Source of the DNA: a virus
DNA: 41,672 nt
Virus record (IMG/VR): IMGVR_UViG_3300029181_000008
Span: 1 to 41,672 of that record
Direction: 5' to 3' (one strand)
Positions 30,226-39,470 of this stretch are shown in pieces. Every line of letters begins with the position of its first letter. The first letter of the stretch is position 1. Position numbers and translations under genes: made by a program. A model generated the notes under the pieces. The model had not been told where the DNA came from and ran no database searches. It saw only the letters and a list, made by a program, of their open reading frames with translations.

Positions 30226-31245
30226 ATGTCGGTTTTTGACGATAAACATTTTAATGGCGAAGTATTTGGAAAGTATCTGGAAGGTGTGCCAAGAATTAAG
30301 CAGAATGCTTTCTTAAAGGCAGGAATTTTCAGAGACAGACCAGAGTTAAAGACAATGCTTGCTGAGAACACAGGCGGCAACTATGCATCTATCCCAATGG
30401 TAGGCTTAATTGGTGGCGATTCGCAGAATTACGATGGAAATACCACTATCACAACCACAGGCATTGATACTTACTTGCAGGGCATGATTGCTTATGGACG
30501 TGCCAAAGCATGGAAAGAAAAAGATTTTACACACGATATCACAGGGCATGATTTTATGGCTGAGATTGCAAAGCAGGTTGGAGGCTACTGGGACGATGAT
30601 CAGCAGCTTAACATTCTTGCGATCTTAGAGGGCATTTTCTCCATGACAGCGACTAACGATAAAAAGTTCGTAGACGCTCACACACTGGATATCACGGAAG
30701 AAACGGAAAAGACTGTTAATGCAACAACACTCAACAGTGCTATTCAGAAGGCGGCAGGAGCTAACAAGAATATCTTTTCCCTCGTGATCATGCACTCTCA
30801 GGTATCAACCAATCTGGAGAACATGCAGCTCTTGCAGTATGGCAAGGGAGTAGACGCTAACGGAGTGGAAAAGGAACTTGCACTTGCAACATGGAACGGC
30901 AGAACCGTTCTGATTGATGATGATGTGCCGTTTGATGAGGAAACAGGTGCATACACTTCTTATATTCTCGGCAGAGGATCAATGGACTACTGCGACATCG
31001 GTGCAACAGTCCCTAACGAAACAACACGTGATCCTCTGACTAATGGCGGTGAAGATATTCTTGTAACTCGCCAGAGAAAGGTAATTGCACCAAGGGGTAT
31101 TACCTTCAAGAAGCCTACAGGCATTATTTCCCCTATGCCGACAGATTTTAAGACAGCAACCAACTGGACATTGGTAGAGAACACCAAAGGTACTAAGATC
31201 AATCACAAGGCGATCCCAATTGCACGCATCAAGTCTCTAGGCTAA
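30226..31245 (+). CDS. Major capsid protein
   Basis: 339 aa, in the position after the scaffold gene. AAGAGG RBS. Confidence 0.85.
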   Translation: MSVFDDKHFNGEVFGKYLEGVPRIKQNAFLKAGIFRDRPELKTMLAENTGGNYASIPMVGLIGGDSQNYDGNTTITTTGIDTYLQGMIAYGRAKAWKEKDFTHDITGHDFMAEIAKQVGGYWDDDQQLNILAILEGIFSMTATNDKKFVDAHTLDITEETEKTVNATTLNSAIQKAAGANKNIFSLVIMHSQVSTNLENMQLLQYGKGVDANGVEKELALATWNGRTVLIDDDVPFDEETGAYTSYILGRGSMDYCDIGATVPNETTRDPLTNGGEDILVTRQRKVIAPRGITFKKPTGIISPMPTDFKTATNWTLVENTKGTKINHKAIPIARIKSLG

Positions 31246-31258
31246 GAAAGGTGGGGCT

Positions 31259-31696
31259 ATGCTGTATCAGGTATTAACACACATACGCAACTTTTTTGTT
31301 GCACCTAATGGCACACATGAGGGTGTTTTCACACTCCGAGATAATAATATCTACATTGATGATGCAGGAGTACAGCAGCCCATCACCTTTCTGCAAGAGG
31401 GGCAATATTTTCTGGTGCAAGGCTCTGTCTTTCACGATGGGGTGTATAGATATCCTTGCGAATGCAGAGTGGAGGAGCGATTTACCGGTTCGATTTCCGC
31501 CCTCTGCATACCGCAGGAAGTCGTTGATCTTGCACTGGATATCGAGGAGTGGCAGAAGAAATACGGAGACCCTACACCGTATATGTCGGAGTCCTTTGGC
31601 GGTTATAGCTATACCAAGGCGACTCAGGGAAGCACAGGCACAGCTACTTGGCAGGAGGCTTTCAGAAACCGCCTGCACACATGGAGGAAGATATGA
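31259..31696 (+). CDS. Head-tail connector/adaptor protein
   Basis: Synteny: first gene after the capsid gene. 145 aa. Confidence 0.6.
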   Translation: MLYQVLTHIRNFFVAPNGTHEGVFTLRDNNIYIDDAGVQQPITFLQEGQYFLVQGSVFHDGVYRYPCECRVEERFTGSISALCIPQEVVDLALDIEEWQKKYGDPTPYMSESFGGYSYTKATQGSTGTATWQEAFRNRLHTWRKI

Positions 31697-32043
31697 AACT
31701 TGTAGAAAATATGATGGAAGATTGTAGACTGATTGAGAAAAAGCGTGTGCCAGATGGTGCAGGAGGCTTTCAAACTACATGGGTAGAAGGGGCAGGCTTT
31801 CAGGCGGCTATTAGCCGTGATACATCCCTAGACGCTCGTGTCGCTGAGAAATCAGGGGTAACAAGCGTTTTTACAATTACGACTCATAGATCATGTCAGC
31901 TTGCATATCATGACGTTTTCAAGCGGCTTTCGGACGGCAAGACCTTCCGCGTAACCTCTGATGCAGGAGACAAGGTATCACCGCAGGTATCGGGATTAGA
32001 CATGGCGCAGGTAACAGCAGAGAAGTGGGAGCTGACAACATGA
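31693..32043 (+). CDS. Head closure (head-tail joining, gp16-like) protein
   Basis: ATGA overlap with the upstream gene. IEKKRVPDGAGGFQTTWVEGAGFQAAI is the typical N-terminal pattern. Confidence 0.7.
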   Translation: MKLVENMMEDCRLIEKKRVPDGAGGFQTTWVEGAGFQAAISRDTSLDARVAEKSGVTSVFTITTHRSCQLAYHDVFKRLSDGKTFRVTSDAGDKVSPQVSGLDMAQVTAEKWELTT

Positions 32044-32405
32044 CGAAAGATAAGGCGCTACAGGCATGGTTTACGGCTTTTGGTATGACGGCTTATCCTT
32101 CCACATCCGTTCCTGATGACACAGTTTTTCCGTGGCTGACCTATGAGTATATCACAGGCAGCTTTGGGGATTCTGACGTGGCTATAGTAGTCAATATGTG
32201 GTTTCGGACGGAATCAGAGTCAATCCCCAACCAAAAAGCCGAAGAGTTCAGAAAATATATCTTAGAACATGATTTGATTGAGTGTGACGAGGGCTTGATC
32301 TGGGTAAAAACTGGTGTTCCGTGGTGTCAGTCCCTCACGGACGAGACATCACGGACAGTAAAACGCAGATACATGAACGTCACACTCGAATATTTAACGA
32401 GGTAA
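32040..32405 (+). CDS. Tail completion/terminator protein
   Basis: ATGA overlap with the upstream gene. Positioned just before the major tail gene. Confidence 0.6.
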   Translation: MTKDKALQAWFTAFGMTAYPSTSVPDDTVFPWLTYEYITGSFGDSDVAIVVNMWFRTESESIPNQKAEEFRKYILEHDLIECDEGLIWVKTGVPWCQSLTDETSRTVKRRYMNVTLEYLTR

Positions 32406-32410
32406 TCAAA

Positions 32411-32977
32411 ATGGGAAAAGCAGCAACAAAATTGCCAGATAAAGTATTTGAGCATATTCAAATGAATGCAGGCATTTTAATGTCTGAGTTTGATCCTCAG
32501 ACATGGACAATTACTGCAACAAATATTATCGGTGCAACTTCTGGCGGTATCAATTTCTCTGATACTCCATCTTTTACGGATTATGGCGAGGACATTGATA
32601 ACTGCCCAAAGAACACCAAGGAGCTGAAAGAGCTTGATAGCCGAGAAATCAAGGTATCAGGCACTTACGTAGCAGTAACAGCAGAGCAGATTAAGAATCT
32701 TGCGGCAGCAGCAGACATTGACACATCAAAGGCAACGATCACCCCTCGTACAACACTTACAGATGCAGATTTTGCAGATATCTGGTTTGTGGGTGATTAC
32801 GGCAAGGGTGGATTTATCGCGATCAACATTAAGAATGCACTTTCAACAGGCGGTTTTAACTTGCAGACCACCGACAAGGCAAAGGGTACTTTTACCTTTG
32901 AGTATACCGCACACTACTCTCTTGAGAATCCAGATGAAGTGCCATACAAAGTATACGTTAAGGCAGGTGGCGAGTGA
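32411..32977 (+). CDS. Major tail (tube) protein
   Basis: Position before the chaperone pair and tape measure. GAGG RBS. 188 aa. Confidence 0.75.
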   Translation: MGKAATKLPDKVFEHIQMNAGILMSEFDPQTWTITATNIIGATSGGINFSDTPSFTDYGEDIDNCPKNTKELKELDSREIKVSGTYVAVTAEQIKNLAAAADIDTSKATITPRTTLTDADFADIWFVGDYGKGGFIAINIKNALSTGGFNLQTTDKAKGTFTFEYTAHYSLENPDEVPYKVYVKAGGE

Positions 32978-33312
32978 TGAAATTATCAGATATCAAAGGC
33001 GATCAGGTACTTGATGTACTTGCAGAAGTAATTGTGCCAGTAACCAATATTGCAATGGATGAAGCAGCAGCGGCAATTTTTAAAAAGGCAGAGCTTCCAG
33101 AGGGCGAAAGCAGAACTACTTTTGCATTGAAACGCATTCAGAAAAATATTCCTGCACTCATCAAGGGGCATAAGGACGATCTAATCAAAATTATGGCTAT
33201 TATCTCACAGCAGACTGAGGACGAGTACAAGCAGGGGTTGAGCATGGCATCGTTTATTCACGATCTTACTGACCTAATGTCAGACGAGGAATTCGTAAAG
33301 CTTTTTACCTGA
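32974..33312 (+). CDS. Tail assembly chaperone (G-like)
   Basis: Acidic 112-aa protein between the tube protein and the tape measure. Confidence 0.75.
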   Translation: MMKLSDIKGDQVLDVLAEVIVPVTNIAMDEAAAAIFKKAELPEGESRTTFALKRIQKNIPALIKGHKDDLIKIMAIISQQTEDEYKQGLSMASFIHDLTDLMSDEEFVKLFT

Positions 33313-33617
33313 GCGCAGACGAGGAGACGCGGAGAGTGCTTTACCTCTGCATAGGAGATTACAGAGGTAGAACACTAGCAGGTTTTTTCGCGTATGTGCA
33401 AGGCAGACATGCACAGTACGTAGAAAACCTGCTTTATCGCGTTTATTTGACGGATGCGCTGCAAAAAATCTGCGAAAACACTGCTAACTTTGCAGGCGGG
33501 CACATCATGAAGCAGCGATATTATGATGTGGCATATGGAAAGCCTAAAAAGGAAGAAGATGCAGAAGAGATCATAACAAAAATTATTAAAGCGGCAGGAC
33601 TGGAGGTGAGGCTGTGA
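33303..33617 (+). CDS. T-like extension of the tail assembly chaperone, reached by a -1 frameshift (fusion 32974..33617)
   Basis: The -1 frame is open from 33273. A T5 run (33302-33306) sits two codons before the G stop. There is no RBS or ATG for independent initiation (the track start is GTG 33336). Confidence 0.55.
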   Translation, partial: FYLSADEETRRVLYLCIGDYRGRTLAGFFAYVQGRHAQYVENLLYRVYLTDALQKICENTANFAGGHIMKQRYYDVAYGKPKKEEDAEEIITKIIKAAGLEVRL

Positions 33618-36600
33618 ATATACTTGAACTTGTTGCAGGGATATCTGTTGATTCGTCAGGCATGGAAGAGGGCTTAGAATCTCTTGCTACACGTGCTGTA
33701 GCGAAGGGAAAGCTAATTGCAGATGCTATAGGCACAGTAGCCACTAAAGGCTTTGATCTACTGAAAGGTGCTATATCATCATCAGTAGAAACTGGAAAGT
33801 CATTTGACACAGCTATCTCACAGGTTGCAGCGACAACAGGTCAGACAGTAGACCAAATTGGAGACTTGAAGGCTGCTGCTGAGGAAATGGGAGCAACCAC
33901 AAAATTCACAGCCACCGAAGCAGCAGAAGGTATCAATATATTATCGCAGGCTGGCATGTCGGCGGCTGATATTTTAAACGAAGATGCCAACGGAGCTACC
34001 CTTTTAAGTACGACACTTGATCTTGCTTCGGCTGGCGCAATGTCGATGGAATCCTCTGCTACATACCTTACATCATCCTTGAAAGGCTTTAAAAAAGAGG
34101 GCAAATCCGCGGCATACTATGCAGATTTGATGGCTAAGGGTGCTACTCTTGCAAATACTAATGTAAGCGGTTTGGGCGAGGCATTATCTGGTGTCTCTGC
34201 CAATGCCTCAGCTTACGGGCAAGCTTCTGATTCTGTAACGCTATCTCTGCTTAAATTAGCAGAGGCTAATGTTACTGGCTCGAATGCAACGACTGCGCTT
34301 AACTCTGCAATGTCTGAGGTTTACACGCCTACAGATCAGGCTAAAAAGGCTTTGGATAGCTTGGGAGTATCTGCATATAACGCTGATGGAACTGCACGTG
34401 ATTTTAACGATGTGGTAGATAATCTCACAGGGGCATTATCTGGGATGACGGATCAGCAAAAGAACGCTACCCTTAATACTATCTTTGGTGTGCAAGGGCT
34501 TGATGCATACAATAAGATGGCGGCTGTATCGGCTGATAAAACAAACGAGTTTAAAGCGGCTCTTGCAGATGCAGGAGGTTCGGCTGCATCGCAGGCACAG
34601 ACTCAGCTTGATAATTTAGGCGGTTCATTTACCCTTTTAAGCTCTGCAACTGATGGTTTAAAGCTTGCGTTTTACAACCTCTTTTCCAAGACGTTAAAGG
34701 ACGGTGTAGACCTTGCCACAGACTCAATCACTATCTTAACTGATGGGTTGAGTTCTGGCGGTTTACTGGGGCTTGTGGAGTCTCTGGGAGGTGTTGCTGA
34801 TAATGCAGTAACCAAGCTGTTAGGAAAACTTAGCTCTCTCACCAAGCTTCCTCTGGTATCTTGGTTCAAGCAAATCAAAAAAACTGGTGCAGATGCTTTC
34901 TCTGGTCTTGGCGGTGCTGTAAAAACTCTTTTTTCTGCATTTGATCCAGTTATCAGTGCTGTAAAAGAATTTTTAGGACTCACAGATGATGCAGGAGGCA
35001 CAATTGATAATGCACGAGCCAAGATGGATGCAGGAAAGTCAGCTCTCGAAGCGATCAAGCAAGCGATCAGCGTAGCAGGGCAGGTTGTAACGTGGTTTGT
35101 ATCAGTTCCGCTAACTGGGCTTGCAAATATCCTTGGGCAGAGTTTGCTTGCTAAATTTAACATTTTAAAAGCTGTATTTACATCGGCTGTTGATTTTATA
35201 TCAAGCTTGCCTGTCATGGACTGGCTTGAAAAGCTTCAAAGTGCTTTCTCTAGTGCGTTTGATTCCATTGCAAGTGCGATTTCACCATTAGTTGATGCAG
35301 TGCTTAATTTTTCCAATTATCTGGTGAGCCTGGTAACTGATTTTTCAGACGCAGGGACACAAAGCACAGCGTTTGGAACTGCATTATCAGTGCTTAATGT
35401 GATTGTTGATGGCATTGCAACTGCGATCCAGTTTGCAGGTGATATTATCTCTGGTGTTATCTCAGTACTAGCGCAAGCGATCAACCAGATTGTAACTGAT
35501 GCACAGACAGATGGTACGCTTATCAACTCAATTATCACTGGCATTCAGTCAGCAGTGGAGACTGCATTTGCGATAATTGCGGATGTATGGCAAAACGTAT
35601 TACTACCAGTTTTTACTGGCATCTATACATGGCTATCTGAAAATATCGGCCCGATATCAACGGAGGTTTTTAATGCTCTCGGTGAAGTTGTAACGGCTGT
35701 TTTTTCGGTGATTGAGGCAGTTTGGAACAACGTATTGCTGCCAGTATTTACCGCTTTGTTGTCCTCGCTTGAAGATAACATAAAACCGCTTTTTGAGACT
35801 ACTTTTCAAGCAGCACAAGAAGCTGTCAGTGTAGCATTCCAGATGATTGCAGACACTTGGGAAAACCACTTGAAACCTTGCTGGGACGCAATCAAGACTT
35901 TCGCAGATGAAACGCTTTTGCCATGTTTTCAAGCGATTGGAGATTTCCTTAGAGAAAATCTTAAACCAGTATTTGACGAGGTTTTTAAGGCGGTATCAGA
36001 GAGTGTAACAACGGCTTTTGATACAATCGTAAGTTGGTGGGATAATGTTTTGAAGCCGCTTTTTGATGGAATGCTAGATTTTGTAACTAACATCTTTTCA
36101 GGCAAATGGAGTGATGCTTGGAACGGAATTGTAAGTACATTTTCGACTGTTTTTGCAGGCATTATAGAGTTTGCAAAAACACCAATCAATGCAGTTATCA
36201 AGTTGATTAACGGTGCAATAGCTGGCATAGAGTCGGCTTTAAATGCAGTTATCGGAGCGATGAACAAAATCTCAGTAACAATTCCAGATTGGGTTCCGGG
36301 CTTTGGCGGTAGCAACTTTGGAATAAATATACCAACTGTCGGATTTGGAAGAATCGGAGAGCTTGAAAAAGGCGGTATCTTGCGTAAAGGTCAGAAGGGA
36401 TTGCTAGAGGGAAAAGGTGACGAAGCAGTTGTGCCTCTGGAGAAGTCTGAAGGATGGCTCAACAAGCTTGCTGAGAAGATCAACGACAATCCAAAGCCTA
36501 CACAAGTAACCGTAGTGATAGACGGCTACGACAAGGATAAGAAAGAGCTTGCAGAAGCTGTAGCTGAGGAGGTATCAAAGCAGATGGCAGACGATTATGA

Positions 36601-36625
36601 CAGAGATAGGAGGGTATTTGCATGA
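33614..36625 (+). CDS. Tail tape measure protein
   Basis: 1003 aa, Ala/Gly/Ser-rich and helical, with a TP901-type core (TTKFTATEAAEGINILSQAGM). Confidence 0.92.
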   Translation: MNILELVAGISVDSSGMEEGLESLATRAVAKGKLIADAIGTVATKGFDLLKGAISSSVETGKSFDTAISQVAATTGQTVDQIGDLKAAAEEMGATTKFTATEAAEGINILSQAGMSAADILNEDANGATLLSTTLDLASAGAMSMESSATYLTSSLKGFKKEGKSAAYYADLMAKGATLANTNVSGLGEALSGVSANASAYGQASDSVTLSLLKLAEANVTGSNATTALNSAMSEVYTPTDQAKKALDSLGVSAYNADGTARDFNDVVDNLTGALSGMTDQQKNATLNTIFGVQGLDAYNKMAAVSADKTNEFKAALADAGGSAASQAQTQLDNLGGSFTLLSSATDGLKLAFYNLFSKTLKDGVDLATDSITILTDGLSSGGLLGLVESLGGVADNAVTKLLGKLSSLTKLPLVSWFKQIKKTGADAFSGLGGAVKTLFSAFDPVISAVKEFLGLTDDAGGTIDNARAKMDAGKSALEAIKQAISVAGQVVTWFVSVPLTGLANILGQSLLAKFNILKAVFTSAVDFISSLPVMDWLEKLQSAFSSAFDSIASAISPLVDAVLNFSNYLVSLVTDFSDAGTQSTAFGTALSVLNVIVDGIATAIQFAGDIISGVISVLAQAINQIVTDAQTDGTLINSIITGIQSAVETAFAIIADVWQNVLLPVFTGIYTWLSENIGPISTEVFNALGEVVTAVFSVIEAVWNNVLLPVFTALLSSLEDNIKPLFETTFQAAQEAVSVAFQMIADTWENHLKPCWDAIKTFADETLLPCFQAIGDFLRENLKPVFDEVFKAVSESVTTAFDTIVSWWDNVLKPLFDGMLDFVTNIFSGKWSDAWNGIVSTFSTVFAGIIEFAKTPINAVIKLINGAIAGIESALNAVIGAMNKISVTIPDWVPGFGGSNFGINIPTVGFGRIGELEKGGILRKGQKGLLEGKGDEAVVPLEKSEGWLNKLAEKINDNPKPTQVTVVIDGYDKDKKELAEAVAEEVSKQMADDYDRDRRVFA

Positions 36626-37332
36626 TGCACTACTTGATATACAATGGCGAGTCCTCTGCCGACTACGATCTTTTAGTGGGAGCGCAAAACACTTTTAACG
36701 CTCCCAAAAGAAGCGTAACAAAGTATACGATACCTGGCAGAAACGGAGATTTAATCAAAGATAATGGATGCTTTGAAAATATCTCAGTAGCCTACACTAT
36801 AGTGTGTAAGAATCGGTTTGAGAGCCTTGCGGACTCTATCAGCGCATGGCTCAAAAGCCCTACAAGCTATTGCAGGCTAGAGGATAGTCACCATCCAGAG
36901 TACTACAGGATGGGACTTGTGACGGATGCTATTACCTATACAACTGGGACACTCAATCACAGTGCAAAAGCCACAGTGACTTTTGATTGCAAGCCCCAGA
37001 AATGGCTTATAGAGGGCGAGCAAAAGCAGACGTTTACCGCAGCAAGTACAATTTACAATCCAACCAAATTTACATCGTTACCACTTGTAAGAGTATATGG
37101 CAGCGGTGCAGGTACGGTGACAATTGCGGGGCATCTTATCACACTCAAATCTATCAATGGCTATATAGATTTAGATTCAGAATTGCAGGATTGCTACAAA
37201 GATACGGCTAACCTTAATTCGCAGGTTGTACTTGCAACAGGTTTCCCACAGCTCAAATCTGGAACGAATGCAGTCACTTTTACTGGCGGTGTAACAGCCG
37301 TAGAAATTACTGGAAGGTGGTGGACAATTTGA
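36622..37332 (+). CDS. Distal tail protein (Dit)
   Basis: YNGESSADYDLLV...IPGRNGDL and its position after the tape measure. Confidence 0.85.
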   Translation: MMHYLIYNGESSADYDLLVGAQNTFNAPKRSVTKYTIPGRNGDLIKDNGCFENISVAYTIVCKNRFESLADSISAWLKSPTSYCRLEDSHHPEYYRMGLVTDAITYTTGTLNHSAKATVTFDCKPQKWLIEGEQKQTFTAASTIYNPTKFTSLPLVRVYGSGAGTVTIAGHLITLKSINGYIDLDSELQDCYKDTANLNSQVVLATGFPQLKSGTNAVTFTGGVTAVEITGRWWTI

Positions 37333-39470
37333 TTCCTATTTTATACGCAGCGACTGAGAAAAAGTTTAAATCGCAAGGCTTAGGAGCTTTGGTGGATGCG
37401 ATCACTTGCAAAGTCACTGAGGAAAGAAACGGCTCATATGAGTTGACGATGACTTACCCTTTGAGTGGTCAGCATTTTGAAGATTTGGAGCTGTCAAGAA
37501 TTATCAAAGCCGTACCGTCTTACAAAACCGACCCAGAACCGTTTCGCATCTACGCTATCAGCAAGCCATTAAGCGGAATTGTAAAAGTAAGTGCGGAGCA
37601 TATCTCATATCAGCTATCACACATACCAGTAACACCCTTTGAAGCATCTAACGTAGTTGAGGCGATGGATAACCTCAAAAAGTACTCAGCAGAGGATAAC
37701 CCTTTTTCTTTCTGGACTAGCAAAGAAACGCAAGCAAAAATGGCTTTTACAGTTCCGACCTCTTGCCGTGCTCTGCTTGGTGGTGTAGAAGGGAGCATTT
37801 TGGATACCTACAGGGGAGAGTATGAGTTTGCTGGGTACACTGTAAAGCTACATCAAAACCGAGGATCGAATAAAGGTGTAACGATTCGCTATGGCAAGAA
37901 CCTCACTGATTTAAAGCAAGAGGAAAGTATTGCAAACACGATCACAGGTATCTGCCCTTTCTGGAAAAGTGAGGAAACCGAAGAGGTTGTAACACTTCCA
38001 GAAGTATCAGTGTACAGCAAGTACGCAAATAACTTCCCTTATAAACGGACTGCGGTACATGATTTTTCGGCAAGCTTTGAGGAAAAACCAACCTTAGAAC
38101 AACTTAGAGCCAAGGCAGAAAGCTACATTACGCAGAGTGGTGTAGGTGTGCCTGATGTATCCCTTACAGTATCTTTTGTAGTGCTGTCGCAGTTTGAAGA
38201 GTACAAAGATATAGCTGCATTAGAGTCCGTCAACCTCTGCGATACAGTAAATGTTATATTTGATGATTTGAGCATAAACACAACTGCAAAAGTTGTGAAA
38301 ACCGTGTATGACGTGCTACTTGATAAGTACGATAGTATCACGGTTGGAAGTACTCAAAACAGCCTCACCAAGAAGCTCACAGAGATTGACGAGAACACGC
38401 AAGAGGAAATCAACAAGGAAACCTCTGCCAGAAAAAGAGCGATTACAGAGCTTGTAAAGAAGGTAGAGCAGGGCAGCGGTTTGTATGTAACTGATAAAGG
38501 AACTGGTGGGGCGCATGATTGGTTTTTGCATGATAAGCCAGTCCTTGAAGAATCTCAGACCATCATTCGTATCAATGATGGTGGCATAATTTTTTCTATT
38601 GATGGTGGTGAGACTTACAACGGCTTAGATTGGAGCGGTACAGCAATCTTGCAAAAAATTTACACTGTGGGCATCAACGCAGCGTATATAGATACTGGAC
38701 AGCTAAAGGTTGTAGATAACACTGGAAAGACTCTTTTTTGTGCCGATATGGACACTGGCGAGGTTGCTATAAACTCTGGCTTGCTTAAAGTTGGTGCAGG
38801 ATATATTAACACTAACGGACGTTTTAAAATTGGCTCTATGTATTCGCAGGGTGGAGTATATAACAAAGATACAGGGATATACGAGCGGCAAGATGTGTGT
38901 TTTGATAAGGCAATATTTATCAATTACGGAATTGAGCTTTACGGTAACAACGACTCAGCTGAGGGCATTGCATACTGTGATTTTCACTCTGGGTCAGACG
39001 TGACGACAGGTGATAGTTTGTATGATTACACTGGACGTTTGCAAAACTATCTTGCGCCTGCTGGGACAAGTGAGTTTACGTTTTCTGGAAAAAAGAAAGT
39101 TGATGATACAGAGGCAGGTACTTGCACAGTAGCAGTAAACGGAACGATTGTGCATTCATCTGACAGGCGATTAAAAGATAACATTGAAGATATATCTTGT
39201 GATACTGCAACAGACTGGATAATGGCTCTAAACCCAGTGAAGTATAATTATAAAGCTGATAGTGAACTCAAAGTGCATCATGGACTTGTATATCAAGAGG
39301 TACAGGAAACCGCCAAAGAATTATCTATGGATAATCTGGCATTGCTTCAAGAGTTCCGAGGAGCTGATAAAGTGGTTTACGGTGCTATCGGATACGAAGA
39401 ACTGATAGCCGATCTCATAAAAGTGGTACAAAATCATGAGAAAATTTTGAGAGGAGAACAAAATGATTAA
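37317..39470 (+). CDS. Tail-associated protein (Tal) with a C-terminal S74 intramolecular-chaperone domain
   Basis: N-terminal LIPILYAATEKKFKSQGLGAL (minor structural protein N-terminal type). C-terminal SSDRRLKDNIEDI...ALNPVKYNYK...HGLVYQEV. Confidence 0.85.
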   Translation: MVDNLIPILYAATEKKFKSQGLGALVDAITCKVTEERNGSYELTMTYPLSGQHFEDLELSRIIKAVPSYKTDPEPFRIYAISKPLSGIVKVSAEHISYQLSHIPVTPFEASNVVEAMDNLKKYSAEDNPFSFWTSKETQAKMAFTVPTSCRALLGGVEGSILDTYRGEYEFAGYTVKLHQNRGSNKGVTIRYGKNLTDLKQEESIANTITGICPFWKSEETEEVVTLPEVSVYSKYANNFPYKRTAVHDFSASFEEKPTLEQLRAKAESYITQSGVGVPDVSLTVSFVVLSQFEEYKDIAALESVNLCDTVNVIFDDLSINTTAKVVKTVYDVLLDKYDSITVGSTQNSLTKKLTEIDENTQEEINKETSARKRAITELVKKVEQGSGLYVTDKGTGGAHDWFLHDKPVLEESQTIIRINDGGIIFSIDGGETYNGLDWSGTAILQKIYTVGINAAYIDTGQLKVVDNTGKTLFCADMDTGEVAINSGLLKVGAGYINTNGRFKIGSMYSQGGVYNKDTGIYERQDVCFDKAIFINYGIELYGNNDSAEGIAYCDFHSGSDVTTGDSLYDYTGRLQNYLAPAGTSEFTFSGKKKVDDTEAGTCTVAVNGTIVHSSDRRLKDNIEDISCDTATDWIMALNPVKYNYKADSELKVHHGLVYQEVQETAKELSMDNLALLQEFRGADKVVYGAIGYEELIADLIKVVQNHEKILRGEQND

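Noticed and set aside
31296-31727. Alternative-frame 143-aa ORF overlapping the connector gene, and minus-strand ORF 31274..31678.
   Set aside because: Frame 31259..31696 has the RBS, translational coupling to the next gene (ATGA) and a plausible globular sequence. The alternatives do not.
33841-36315. Several long minus-strand ORFs inside the tape measure gene (for example 34672..35217, 35929..36315).
   Set aside because: These are shadow ORFs antisense to a well-supported 1003-aa gene. They lack RBSs, have low-complexity translations, and are typical of a compositionally biased (Ala/Gly/Ser-rich) coding region.
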